This document shows, piece by piece, positions 24,530 to 38,985 of a DNA stretch of 64,000 nt; the first letter of the stretch is position 1, and each line of letters begins with the position of its first letter. The position numbers and the translations under genes are program-made. This DNA is from Octopus sinensis. Its lineage: Eukaryota. The stretch spans positions 28,086,001 through 28,150,000 of the forward strand of contig NC_043006.1 in assembly GCF_006345805.1 (NCBI RefSeq), in the 5' to 3' direction. The notes beneath the pieces are model-generated. The model did no database searches and had not been told where the DNA came from. It saw nothing but the letters and a program-made list of their open reading frames with translations.

Positions 24530-24951
24530 GGATCTTTTCGGTTTGAACGGCAGTTTTTAACATAATTTCTAGGTAACTAAAAAATTTTAAACTTCGTATT
24601 CTGGTAGAATGTGTTTATAGAACATCTTTTTCTCTTGGCTTTATTGAGAAAATTCTATAGTTTCTAAGATATTTGTTGTTTTTTCTTCAATTTCTGCAAT
24701 TTCAACAAATCAATTACGTCTATTGAGGTAAAAACATTCTGTGCCGTATGAATATGTCCCTCGTTTAAGAAACAGATTGGGTTTATTTACATTTGTGAAG
24801 AAAAAAAAAGATACCCTTACCCCCACCCCTAACCCTAACCCTAACCCTAAAACAGCTAGAAATGCAATAGATCGATACTAGGATCATAATTATGGGTGAC
24901 CATTTCATATGACACCGCTAGAAAAAACTGCCGTTCAAACCGAAAAGATCC
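24530..24951. mobile_element. MITE with ~28-bp TIRs, 8-bp TSD and internal (CCCTAA)4
   Basis: TIR GGATCTTTTCGGTTTGAACGGCAGTTTTT; TSD GAGATTGT at 24522-24529 and 24952-24959. Confidence 0.93.
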
Positions 24952-25119
24952 GAGATTGTAGGCTTTGCATGATCTAGCGGAGAATAATGTACTATAGCAA
25001 TTAACGAACCACATAGCAATATAATGCTTTCAAACCAGAAAATTATAGGAATTATCGACATTCTAATCATCCATTATCCATGAGGTAACGCTATTCAATT
25101 GGTGTTATTTTTCTAATTA

Positions 25120-25315
25120 AGGCAGTGAGCTGGAAGAGTCGTTAGCACGCCGAGCAAAATGTTTCACGGCATTTCGTCCACCTTTATGTTCTGAGTTCAA
25201 GTTCCGCCAAGGTGGACTTTGCCTTGCGTCCTTTCGGAGTCGATAAAATAAGTACCGGCTACGTACTGAGGTCGATGCAATCGATTAGACCCTCCCCACA
25301 AAACTTCAGGCCTTG
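25120..25315 (+). mobile_element. tRNA-derived SINE
   Basis: Same head and central domain as 4754-4984. Confidence 0.8.
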
Positions 25316-25544
25316 TGAAGATGGCACTACATTTAAATTGATGCAATGATTGCATTGTTCAGTTAAATGGAGCCGCTTCAAACGGTCGTACTGCTTCACT
25401 ACTTGATATCCTGTTGTTTATTTTGATTTTATTCACCTTACTTCGAGCTGTGCGGATAATACCGGACTGGCCAGGTTCTTCAACTTAAGTACGTAAATTC
25501 AACTGAATCTCAATTATTTCTTACACATACACTCACTCACACAC

Positions 25545-26576
<1,032 letters not shown>

Positions 26577-27633
26577 AAACGCATTTGGCTAAATTTGGAC
26601 ATACGACAGTTTAACATAATAGCAACGAATTTATTTTTGTTATAATGATTAAAGTAGTATGTTTGAATAATGAATTTGTACAGAATTACCCTGATTGTCA
26701 GTAATTCAGCATTTAGAATGAAAATAAAATAAAATTAAAAGACAGTAAGAAGAGTAAGAAATTGATTTCCTGTAGCTACGATTCAATTTTTTCTAATTTT
26801 GATTGGATGAAAAGGCAAAGCTGACTTTGACGGAATTTGAACTCAAAGCATTAAAAAACTAGAAAAACTGTCAAGCATTTTTGCCCGACGTGCTAACGAA
26901 GCTGGCAGCTCGCCGCCTTACCTTCGACTATGTTCTTTTTTTGCTATTTGGTACAAGGTCAAACATTTGTGATTCGACCCTTATTCACTACTGGAACTTA
27001 CTTTATTGATCGGCAAGGAGAAGGAATATAGAATTAAACTCTCTTGGATTTGAATGTGGAAAACAAGATAATGTAATTAAATACAGAAAAATATTTAGTC
27101 CAGCTCCTCATCGTTTTTGTTATTCCATCGCTCTTAAAAATAAACCAATAACTGCCTGTAATATTTCAAAGCCGACAAATTTTTATGGTACATAGCTGGG
27201 AAATTTCTCCTCGATATTTTTCAGTGTTTCAGCTGTCTTCCTGTGAAAGGCTTAATCGGTCAGGCAAAGAGTTTCTTCAAAAAGAAGGAAAACAAAAAAT
27301 GTAGATAAATAAATAAAGTAAAAACGAAAGCAAAATCTTATCGCTGACTCCCACCTTACAACACCATCTTTGCAAGACTGGATTTCTATTGAACTTTTAT
27401 AAAGTATATGTCCTTGGGTTTGTAGACCAAACATGAAATTGGCAACTAAGTGTATATTACGGTACATATGTTTCTAAAGAAAGGTTATGTTTTCAAGGGA
27501 GACATCTGACATTTTGTTTAATAAGATCAAAGTTAGATGCTAAGGGTAATTATAAACCGTATCATCCGAAAGTTATCAAAAGAATTTTGCTAAAATACAT
27601 ATTTATATATTTCCTTTGATTCCCTGTCGAAAC

Positions 27634-27635
<2 letters not shown>

Positions 27636-27723
<88 letters not shown>
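27636..27723. repeat. poly(A) plus (AG)n
   Basis: Direct repeat. Confidence 0.9.
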
Positions 27724-27726
<3 letters not shown>

Positions 27727-28353
27727 TATCTCTCTTGATAGTAGCTTATGTACGGGAAGTGGATAAGGTCCGTATTTTTGTTCCTGCTGTTTTAGTTTAT
27801 TTTTTCTGTTATAAACTCATCCTGTGGTAGGTCACCTGGAAGCAACAAAATAGGTGTAGAAAGATTTTTTCCGTTATTATTTTTACCGCGGTATAAAGGG
27901 GCCATGGGTGGTAGAATTGGTCGGGTGCCAATTTAGTTACACCTTCCAACATCATGAGTTCAAATCCCTCTGAGATTGATGTAACTCACCCCCCCCCCTA
28001 GGATAATACTAATTAAAGTCTGAGGTGTATCAATTAGATCAGATCTTCCCTAAAATTCATGACTTTGTAACAAAGTTACAAATCACTGTGATGAAAACAT
28101 TAAAGAAGTAAGGCACGATAATGCCAACAGTTTCAATTCCTCGGTGAAGCCACTTTCTCCTACTCTCCATAGAAAATAACTTTAGTAACAAGATGGACAT
28201 CTCACTCCTTATTTTTTTCCATAACTCTTTAACGAGTGACAACCGAAACGAATATTTTGAACTGTTGTTCTTGTTTAACCTCTGATCAGTCTCAGTTGAG
28301 AAGCGTACGAACACTGTTATCTTTCGTTCCTTCACAGATGACACATTGCTGCT

Positions 28354-28434
<81 letters not shown>
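28354..28434. repeat. (CTA)n microsatellite
   Basis: Direct trinucleotide run. Confidence 0.95.
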
Positions 28435-28673
28435 AGATCTAGTTGGTTTGGCCGTCAGCATTTCAAAAATAGAAGTTTATCGAAAATTTTAAAATTTGGC
28501 ACAATAATATACTTTTCCAAGCTGAATTTCTGGCAGAGTGAATTGCGTCATGGTATTGTTTTTTCATAGACGGTGCCCAACCGACCCTACTATACTGTGT
28601 TGTCGACAAAATAAAAAACAAAACAATGCGCACGCGCGAAATTAAAATACAAACTGCGACAATTACCAATCGC

Positions 28674-28763
<90 letters not shown>

Positions 28764-29130
28764 GTGTGTGTGTTGTGTGTGTGTGTGTTGTGTGTGTGTG
28801 CTGTAGAATTTCTATTTTGGATATATTTGGGTACTTAAGTGTACTCATGACTTAGTGTTTACTTCTTCCATGGGTACAAGTAAGTGTCTCATTTATTTTT
28901 CTTATCGTATTTATCGCTGATGACGAGAAAATTCTAAATGAATTAACTCAGAAATCGGGACCGATTCGATTATAACGAAATTTTTTAGAAATTTCTGTCG
29001 GCTTGCTTCCGAGACGCGTGCTTATAGTGATAAATTATATGGTTATTGACGACTTAAGTCAATTTTTTTTCTTTTGCCCTGTTTATACGTTGTATATATA
29101 TATATATTATATATATATATATATTATATA

Positions 29131-29181
<51 letters not shown>

Positions 29182-29182
29182 C

Positions 29183-29730
29183 GAAAGAAAGAAAGTGGAG
29201 AATAATGGATGTTTAAGTAATTCATTTGTATGATATAAAGATGCTGAATTTTTTTAATAAAAACAATACAAATAAATTATAAATTGTAAAACTCTAAAAG
29301 AAATGGTAGATGCCAAAAACCTACATATATGTTTTGATTTACATATATTTGTAGTATAAGCTCATAAGATTCTAGCCCATTCAGTTGAAAATAATACTAA
29401 TTCTTAGCAAATGCTTAGAATTACATATCAACTAGGGGTATCAATCGAAACATATATGTAGGTTTTTGGCATCTGCATTTCTTTTATAGCCTTACAATTT
29501 ATAATTTATTTACATTGTTTCTATTAAAAAATTCAACATCATTATATCATACAAATGAATTATTTATATATCCATTATTCTCCATTTTCTATCTTTCAAT
29601 ACTAATAATATTTATTACTATAACAATCCCTAACTATCGTCGAGTCTTTCTCTTTATATGATGCTGATTAACCAGTGGAACTTTTTGCATTATTTAATCC
29701 CTAATGAGAACTTGACATCCTCGTATTAAC
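29183..29730 (+). mobile_element. TA-flanked Penelope-tail-like element with ~155-bp inverted arms
   Basis: About 29183-29340 inverted at 29441-29598; carries GAAAC-ATATAT-GTA. Confidence 0.72.
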
Positions 29731-30346
29731 TATATATATATATATACACACACACATGCATACAAAATGTTTATCTGCACACACACACACACACATAACG
29801 ATTAACCATGTGTGTAACATTAAAGAAATTGACCTCAATATCATTGAAATAAACGAATATATTTTATATATTATGCAAACATGGAAGGTTCACATACAGT
29901 GGTTTAAACCACACTCAATCTTCACGATTATATCATGGTGTTTTTTAACCACCACCTTTCATTTGAGACAAGCGGAGTTGTTTCTTTTTAGCGGTTAAAT
30001 TGTTCGGGAAGCACTTATCGTTTGTGCGTTAATAGCTTCACAGCAGCTAATGGACAGTGGCACGTACGTTGATTGCCGATCGGAAATCGGATAACTTCAT
30101 ACCCGTCGCTTGCTGGGAAACTTCTAACTATTCCATGTTTGTATCATATATTGTACGTACACACACGCACGCATGCGCGCGCACACACACACTACTGTTT
30201 ATTTTTATGTCGAGTTATATAATAAAACAATTTAGATAATTTAACAATAAACGGAAGAATTGTTTTTGTAGTGGGACGATAATGAAGAGGGACAACAATG
30301 ACTACATACTATAACATTTACTCTTTTTTTTATTATGATATGTCGA

Positions 30347-30348
30347 GG

Positions 30349-30410
<62 letters not shown>

Positions 30411-30584
30411 TAATAATAATAATATAATAATAATAATAATAATAATAATAAACACTAGGTACAAAACCAAATATATGGCACCCTAGACATAACACCAACA
30501 TGAACTTCCAACTTGTTGTCTCTTGAGGTCTCTGGGTGAGACTTGGAGCCAGCTTGCGCAAATGTAAAGCAAAAGTCAAACATA

Positions 30585-30640
<56 letters not shown>

Positions 30641-30645
30641 TAATA
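30347..30645 (+). repeat. (TAA)n array containing a short retroposon 3' end (30452-30586)
   Basis: TAA runs on both sides of a unique ~135-bp tail. Confidence 0.8.
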
Positions 30646-30869
30646 AGTGGGAGAGCATCATAGCCGTGTGTTGAAAGGAATTCTTAGAGGTTTGGATAAT
30701 TCACCTTTGGAAACGTGGGTGGTTTGTTCAACATCATTAAACAATCCTTATTCAGGAACCTTTTGAGCGGGATGGGCTACTCAACCAGAAGAACATTCTA
30801 ACTGGGCCCACCCTGTAAGGACATGCGCTGTTTATCTTGATATGAGATTACCATGCCATGCACATGTGG

Positions 30870-31620
30870 TTGAGAGGAAGCGAGCCTAAGTAAAAGCCAA
30901 CAATGGCTCCTAAGCTCTGGACTAAAAGCCGAAACGGAAGGATTGATTCTCGTCGCACAAGACCAATGCCTGACTACAAACAATTATAAAAACAAAATAA
31001 TGAAAACAGGCCTCAACAGAAAATGCAGAATGTGCAACTAGCACAATGAAGCAGTTGACCACATCATCTCGGGCTACCCATTCCTTGCCAAGTCTGAATA
31101 TATATACAGACACGACAAAGTAAGCAGTTATAGCCACTGGACAACATCAAACTGAAAACAGGTGGTATAAGCATGTGCCAAGCAAGGTACAAGACAGCGA
31201 CCAGGCCATATCATGAGGGATATGCCGGTTCAAACCGACAAAGAAATAAAAGCTAGTCGCTCAGACATACTAGTCAAAGATTGGGGAAAAAAAAACATCT
31301 GCTTACTGATAGACATTGCAGCCCCTTCTGATCAAAATATTGTCAAAAAAGAAGTGGAGAAATTGTCAAAGTACAAAGACCTCGAAATTGAAGTATTGAA
31401 AATGTGGAGCATGAAGGTAGAAACAATACTAATAATAATTGGAGCATTGGTCATGATAAAAAAAAAACATATGAACAACAACGTAGGGGCTATACCTGGT
31501 TCCTCAATACTGCACACTGTTAAAAAAATAACCCTGCTAGGAACACGCCACATCCTAGGCAAGACACTATCAATCTAATAATACAATCTAAACAAAACAA
31601 CCCAGAAATACAAGACACGC
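30870..31620 (+). mobile_element. R4/Dong-clade LINE 3' fragment (CCHC knuckle plus restriction-like endonuclease)
   Basis: CRMC..EAVDHIISG..YIYRHD; SDILVKD..LLIDIAAPSD..KEVEKLSKYKDLEIE. Confidence 0.88.
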
Positions 31621-31929
31621 TATACAGAATTTACCCTGTGAAATGAACTTCCACCAGCAATCCAGAAAACCAAAGCATTACACACTTAACACACAATACA
31701 AGCAGTAACACAAAAAAAAGACTGCATCACACCTCAAGAGAAAAAATAAACTAACACAATACAGTACCAGGAAGAGTTTGCACACTCCCAACAGCAGAAA
31801 AGAACACACAATGCTGCACACGCCCCAGCAACACGGAGGTGTAGCAGGTGATGCAGTAGAAATTTGCCGCAATCTACCAAATATTGAACAGTTATATAAT
31901 AAAATAATAATAATAATAATAATGATAAT

Positions 31930-32006
<77 letters not shown>

Positions 32007-32021
32007 TATAATAATAATAAT

Positions 32022-32386
32022 AACAAGAGCACTCAGAGAGCGCAAACCTCCGCCAAGGCAGCACCAACGACTAGCCAGAGATGATTTTTAAAATGAGAAT
32101 ATCTGAAATAAGCTCGACTGCTCTCACAAACGGGAATACTAAAAATGAACCTGACTCCTCTTAAAAATTAAGTAAAAAAAAACAAGAAACCGGAAAAATA
32201 ATCCAGAATCCTTGTCCGGTACCAGATCGATTCCAAAATCTAATCAGTTCGTGCCATTCACGAGGCCAAACATTCCTGAAAGTTTCATCCGGTTACATCC
32301 AGCGGTTCTTGAGATATCTTGTCCACGGACAAACAAACAAACGCAACTGAAAACAATACCCCCGCCTTCGCTAAGGCGGAGGTAAT
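32022..32386. mobile_element. Non-autonomous Helentron-like (HINE/DINE-1-type) element
   Basis: Subterminal IR ACCTCCGCC/GGCGGAGGT with terminal hairpin; internal (CAAA)n; second copy at 51667. Confidence 0.7.
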
Positions 32387-32401
32387 AATAATAATAATAA
32401 G

Positions 32402-33722
32402 ATACCCTGGCACTTCCAGTGGTCCAATACGGTTTTAACATCATTAACTGGGATCCCACAGAGCTCCAACGCCTGGACAGGAAGATAAGAAAATTACTAA
32501 CATCTAGGAACATGCACCACCCAAAAGCAGATGTTGATCGTCTGTACCTACCTAGAAGTAATGGGAGAAGAGGACTGATGCAGCTAGAACTGTGCTATAG
32601 GACCTCCATAATACCAATGAACAGGTACTTATCTAGTACAGCGGACTGGATGCTGCGGCTTGCGTGCAAACACGAAAGCAACAAAAAGTTACATTCTATT
32701 GTCAAAGAAGCTTGCAAATTCGTAAGGGAACTTGGCATTAACCCTGAATTAGATGAAGAACCCGAAACCACTGCTACCAAACAAGCAGAAACAAACTAAG
32801 GAACGGTGGGGCCAGGCAGTATATTCTTTGAAGTCGAAATGCTGATGTAGACCAAGCAACAACCCATCAGTGATTGAGAAGTTCAGGACTGAAAGCAGAG
32901 ACTGGAGGTTTCATACTGGCGGCACAAGGTCAAAGCTTGCTTACCAGAAACTACCAGGCTAACGTTCTTCAAAACGGTTCTGACCCTAAATGCAAATTTT
33001 GCGACACATTTGACGAAACAATAGACCATCTCGTTTCGGGATGTCTTGTGCTGACACCAAACGAATGAAAAAGTCGCCACGATAGAGTAGGACATTATTT
33101 ACATTGGAAAATATGTGAACACTACAAAATCGGCACTCCTGCTTACTAGAATGAACATCATCCTGAACCAGTCGTTGAAGGTAAAAATGTCACTATCCTC
33201 TGGGATTTTCCAATCAACACTGACAAAACGATACAGAATAATCGACCAAACATTATTATTAAAGGCAGGGAAGAAAATACCTGTAAACTAATAGATGTAA
33301 ATGTTCCCACTGATAAAAATATATCTGTAAAGGAATTTGACAAATTAAGTAAATATAAGGACATGGAAATTGAAATACAAAAGATGTGGCATCTTAAAGC
33401 AAGAACTGTTCTTGCAATTGTAGGTGCCCTATGTATGATAAAAAAGGGATGTCAGAAACATCTAGATAACATCCCAGGAGAACCATGTCTCAGAGAAATC
33501 CAAAAAATTGTGCTGACAAGTACTGTCCACATCCCTAGAAAAACCCTATCAATTTAAATGTCTGTGTTGTATTAAATGAAGACATTTTGCTACTGCGCCC
33601 GCCACTTCCCCTCTTCAAGGTTTCAGTCATACTGTAACATCTCTTATCCTTCATTCGCCCGAGGACGCTGGGTGTGTCTCGGCAAGTGATTTTAACAAAC
33701 ATGTAGATTAAAAGTAAATTAT
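32402..33722 (+). mobile_element. R4/Dong-clade LINE, 5' truncated, starting in (TAA)n
   Basis: HHPKADVDRLYLPR..GRRGL; AAQ.QSLLTRNY..CKFC..ETIDHLVSGC; IDVNVPTD..KLSKYKDMEIEIQKMW. Confidence 0.9.
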
Positions 33723-33734
33723 AATAAATCCTCC

Positions 33735-33942
33735 CTACTATAGGCACAAGGCATGAAATTTTGGGGGAGGGGGCCAGTCGATTACATCGACCCCATTGCG
33801 CAACGGGTACCTATTTCATCGAATCCGAAAGAAAGAAAGGCAAAGTCGACCTCAGCGGAATTTGAACTCAGAACGTAAGGACGGACGAAATGCCGCTAAG
33901 CATTTTGTCTGGCATGCTAACGATTCTGCCAGCTCGCCGCCT
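33735..33942 (-). mobile_element. tRNA-derived SINE
   Basis: Reverse copy of the 4754 family. Confidence 0.85.
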
Positions 33943-33943
33943 T

Positions 33944-33994
<51 letters not shown>

Positions 33995-34074
33995 GGGGTG
34001 GGGAGGAGGAGGAGGAGGAGAAGAAGAAGAAGAAGTAAATAAATAAACGGAATAACAAAGGAAGTGAACCAAAG

Positions 34075-35745
34075 AAACAAGAATTCCGAAAAAGAAAACT
34101 GGACATTTGGAATGATATGGGAATGTTTAAAGTCGGTGAACAACAGCTCGCATGATGGAATGGTGTATCAAGAATGGGAAATATCTTTCAGATTTAGAAG
34201 TTGAAGAGATACGGAAATCAACTGAGAACTGCAAGAATTAACATAATGGAACCAGAATCTGAGAGTCGAGAGAATGCAATCATCGTAGCCACCCAGGAGA
34301 ATGGAATGCTTGTAGTTGAAACAAGGGCACGAAGCAGCGCAGTAGAAGAAAATTTTCATGGGAATACCCTTGATGACGACCAACTAGAGATCTCTGAAAC
34401 ACTAAATCACAAACTGTAGGAAGCAGAGGCTTAGAGTTAGTTAATCTGAGAACAATGGATCGAATCAAGATTAAAGAGCAACAGCAAAAATAAAGAATGT
34501 AAATGATAAGATTATTTGTGGAAATATTTAAGGTACCAGCACATTAGCATTAGCGGATGTCAATCTAGCTGCAGAATTGCTGAGGTAAAAGAAAGGACAA
34601 AAGTAGGACCAGCCGGTTTCCTGGTGGAAAAGATGGACACCAACAAAAATTAGTGGCCTTTGGAAATATGTGAGTAAACTGGTCTCAAGGAAGCAGAGTA
34701 AATTGAAGAATGAATAAAAAGATAGATTAAGGGAAATAAGGAATTAGGATAGCTATCGAGGTACTAAAGTAGAGAGTAAAAGCAAAAGATGTCAAAATCA
34801 GAAAATACGATGAAGCTAACGACTAATGTTAGCAAAATCGCATTTTCCAGTGAAACTAGAAACGTCTACTGATATTCTCAATGGAAAAGAGAAAAATATA
34901 ACATAAGATCGAATAATGAAGAAAGTAAGCTTTTTGAGACAGAAATCTGGGGGAAGAAATGTCAAACAATAATTATACCAATGAAAAATTAAACTGAAAA
35001 TTTCGAGGCACAGGAAAAGGCATCATTGTTTTTATGCCCATTTTTCTATGCTTGCATGGATCAGATGAGTCTTATTGAAGCTGATTTTCTATGGCTGAAT
35101 GCTCTTCCCATTGCGAAGTCTTACTTATTTTCCGAGTAATATACTTTTCATTCCAATGGTCATCACTCATTGAAATTAATGAAGCTGCTGAACAATGAGA
35201 CTTTTGTTTCACAGAAGTACCTAAGTAACATCACCATTTTTGTTCAAACAGTGTTAATGAAGTCACACAAAATCAATAATTCATTCACTCAAACACACAT
35301 GCACACACAAACATTATGGAAGTAAATATTCGAAAGCAATTAAAAGAAGATAAGGACGCGCAAGCCTTCATGAAACCATAGTGATACAACTAAATGTGTA
35401 CACGTGAAAGAGTGAGTGCCACAAAAAGGAAGAACCTGCCTAATATCTAATACTGGAAGTAAAATTGAAAGGAAACGTTGACTTAAATATCTACCAAGTA
35501 TGTGGAAACTTCTTACAGGAGTAATTGCGGAAAAGGTTTACTAACACTTATATGAGAAACACCTTATGCCTTATGAGCAGAAAGGTTGTCAATAAAAGAG
35601 CAGAGGAACGAAAGGCCAATTAGCAAATGACAAGATAAGGAATTTTAGAGAGAGAGAGAAACAAATCTATCCACTACGTAAATCGATCATAGAAAAACGT
35701 ACCACCTCGTCTCACACACGTAGATGAAGCGATGTCCAGAACACT
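34075..35745 (+). mobile_element. Highly decayed R4/Dong-clade LINE, N-terminal part and RT start
   Basis: LPSMWKLLTGVIAEKVY..MPYEQKGC..SRGTKGQL near 35490-35630. Confidence 0.7.
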
Positions 35746-35749
35746 TTTA

Positions 35750-37990
35750 TTTTACTGTTTTTGCAGTTTCCTTATTGGTTGTTTCTGTGTTTTTTTATTA
35801 TTGTTTATGATATTGTTATTTTTCTTGTTGTTGAAGTAGTTGTGAATTGGGCTACAGTTGTGGATTTTGTGTTTGTTTTTGCTGTGTTCTTGGAGTAGGG
35901 ATATGTACCCTCCTCCGCTTTTGCCTGCTCCCTTTTGTTACAGTGATCCATGTTTCGGCCTGCTCTTCTTTCTTCATCTCATTGCTGTTGTTGGTGGTCT
36001 GGGGAGCAGGGCCTTTCAGGAAAAGCTTGCTTTTCCGTGGGAGCTGGGAGTAAACTCCTTTGTTGTCTTGGTTTGGGTATGGGTGTTGCAGGCTTTAGCA
36101 GTTCCACTTGTTTTTTGTGTTTGTGGTGTTGGTAGCTATGGATGGTTTGTTTTCTTTGAGGGCAGAAAGCCTTTAAAGGAATCACAGATCCACATATGTG
36201 GAATCTTGGCTGTCTACTCCCCACAATCACCGTTAGGCAGGTGCCATCTGGGAGGTCTATCAGGTCAGGTACTTCGTTAATATATGTTTGGTTAGCTTGT
36301 TTGGTAAGTTTGACACTCATACTTGATCAGTTGTGTTGCGGTATTTGCTTTACCTTCAAGATAACCACCTCTTCCTCTATACCTGCAAAGACAGCCGCCA
36401 CCAACTATATGATGGATATTTCTGGTGGCACAGTTATCACCTTAACTTCAACAATGCGTTGGCCGCAATAACTCGGGATTAGGAAGAGTTCTTCATTCCT
36501 CAATATCGTCGCGAAATGAAACCTGGTATCTTCTTCAGTCCGAAACCGCATTTCAATCGCATCAAACTTTTTTCCCCGAGTGATATCGATCTTATATTTG
36601 TACACGTGCTTAAGGCATTTTTGAATTTGGGTCTCAATAGCATTTTCCATCCGGCACTATTTTGCTCCGATGCAGCGGTATATAACCGTGCATCTCAAAA
36701 TATTTTCTATTGCCTCGGGTGGAGGGTTAAGGGCTACTGTTCTCCCAATTTTTTAATAGTTTGTCTGGCCAGTTTAAAATTTTTATTTATGAGGAACTCT
36801 TCCAGATTTTGGCAGCTCTCGCAAAAGAGATTCCCTTTCCATCATTTCTTGTGACTGCAGCAGTGGCAGTGGTTGCGGCAACGGAGGCGGCGGTGGCGGT
36901 GGCGGTAGTGGTGGTGGTAGTGGTCTTCGCATTTCTTTCAATTTTTTTTTGTTTTTCTTTAGATTTATTGTTGATATTGTTGTTGATGTTGTTATTGTTA
37001 TTATTGTCGTCGTTGTTGTTGTTACTGGCATTGTCGAATACGTTGAATTGTTGTTTTGCTGAACTGTCAAATGTTTTGAAGTTGCTAGTAGACAAAAATG
37101 TATTACGTTCAGTGTTTGCTTTCACTGGCGTGGCGGTGACAACATTTACTTATGAAAGGGTGATGAAAATTTCCTGGCTCTATGTAAAAGAAAATATATG
37201 AGGATCAGTTAATTATGATTTTATTCAACATATTCCCATCTCAGATTCACGCACTTATTGCATCGGTCGTTCAATTTGTCTAAGCCCCGCAAAAACAACT
37301 CGGAAGGTTGGGCCTCCACCCAGGCCTCTGTAGCAGCGATCACTTCCGAATCGGAGTGAAATTTTGTTCCCTTGAGATATTTCCTCGGTTGTAGAAAGAG
37401 GCGATAGTCGGAAGGGGGCCAAGTCAGGAGAGTAAGGTGGGCAGTCTACCAATTCGAAGCCAAAGTCGCGTATTTTCCGTAGAGTTTCACATGCTATGTG
37501 TGCTGGTGCATTGTCATGCAAAAACGAGACACCACGGCTCAGCTTTCCGTGGCGTCACTGGTTCAAGATTTTCCGCAGTTCGTCCAACAGAGAATGTAGT
37601 ATTCTGCGTTAATGGTGCTACACTTTGGCAGGTATTTTATGAGGAGTATTCTGTCTTTGTTCCAGAACACTGAAGCCAGAATCTTTCCAGCTGACTTGTA
37701 TACCTTCATGACTATTGTATACCATCATGAGTTTTTGCATATCTTCTAAATAGTTGTTCTACATTCCCTGTAAAGATAACAGCTCTACCTTTTCACGATA
37801 CCCTTAAAGCCAGGAACTTTCCAGAACCCCTCGTGGTCAACGCTACGTCAGCATTCTCTTGCTTTTCGGATAAGGAACACGTCCCTTCATCGAACATTTC
37901 AATTAGTTCTTTCTCCGCCATGTTTCAAATTATTTGGAAAATAACAAAACATTTGCTTTTTCCAGATAGTTCAAGAGAGTTCAACAATAT
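35750..37990 (-). mobile_element. ORF1 region of an L1/Tx1-type LINE interrupted by a mariner
   Basis: Low-complexity N-terminus, SFARAAK motif, then ..IPSYCGQRIVEVKV..VPPEI; same layout as ORF1 at 60230-60895. Confidence 0.6.
37153..37833 (-). mobile_element. Internally deleted mariner (DD34D type)
   Basis: HDNAPAH..CPPYSPDLAP; imperfect TIRs ..GAAAATTTCCTGGCT / AGCCAGGAACTTTC..CCCCTCG. Confidence 0.85.
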
Positions 37991-38382
37991 TGATGTGCAC
38001 CCCCTGCAAAACAGGGGGTGTCTCTAAACAGAAATACTACCAGTGCAGTCCAGGCAAAGTTAAAAACAAAGCTGTACCAATTAAAATGAAAAAATAGGAT
38101 ATTAACCGGCCGAAAAGATTAAGAATGTTCTTACGACTTACAGAGCTCCAAGTTCTCGTATCTTTCCCGTTTGGCGGTCATAACAACACCACCAACAACA
38201 ACAACAACAACAACAATGCACTGTTTATCTTGAGATGAGATCACTATGTCGCGCACATACGGTTGTGATGCATGTGCCTGGTGCACCTCTATCAGACGGG
38301 TAGTTATGATGGATATACTGGGCTTCATATATTTTACCCCAGTGTCACTTTGATGGCATGTACTGCTCTCTCACTCAATAAT

Positions 38383-38416
<34 letters not shown>

Positions 38417-38782
38417 TTTCTTCATTAACCGCTAAGAGTTCACAAAAGACGTTAGGGACAATACAATGTGGGCTTACATAAAAAGCGTGTAAAAAAGTAA
38501 AAAATTACAAAAATATAAATTTTAACAACGAGTGATTCCCAGGAGATGGAAAGGTGTGGAAACCCCACAAAATCACGGAGGCCCTGACCACTACGGCAAG
38601 TGCCCTCTCCACATCGTCCACAGGCGCTTGTTTAGAGATTGGTCTGTATATTTAGTTACGCTTGGGTGTTAAGTATAGTGGAAAGAGACCCTGTGAGAAT
38701 TTTGACAACAGTTTGCTATCCGCTCTTACAGAATTAAGCAGAGTAAGTAAAATCGAGAGTTCTGAGATTAATGATAATGATA

Positions 38783-38985
38783 GGTTTTCAAATCTTGGCA
38801 CAAGGCCAGCAATTTCGGGCGCGAGGCTAAGTCGATTACATCGACCCTGGTGTTCAACTGCTATCTATTTTATCGACCCCAAAGCAAAGTCAACCTCTGC
38901 AGTATTTGAACTCAGAGCATAAAACCGGAAGAAATGGCTTGAACTTTCTGTCCGGCGTACTAACGATTCTGCCAGCTCCCCACCT
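38783..38985 (-). mobile_element. Diverged tRNA-derived SINE
   Basis: Same family motifs as 33735-33942. Confidence 0.75.

Larger units (their letters stand above)
21430..25085 (+). mobile_element. Decayed Penelope-like retroelement (RT thumb plus C-terminal GIY-YIG endonuclease)
   Basis: NFLNLDTG..FIHNHSNH..ISFRLSKLSANEQIF (22283-22501); RKRTVTWFHASYSRNV (~23035); VIYKCNV..YISST..KKRVNMHK..NSTSPAEYMWSLK (24274-24465); nested inserts. Confidence 0.8.

Noticed and set aside
24827-24850. True telomere or chromosome fusion site
   Set aside because: Only four units, inside a TSD-flanked MITE
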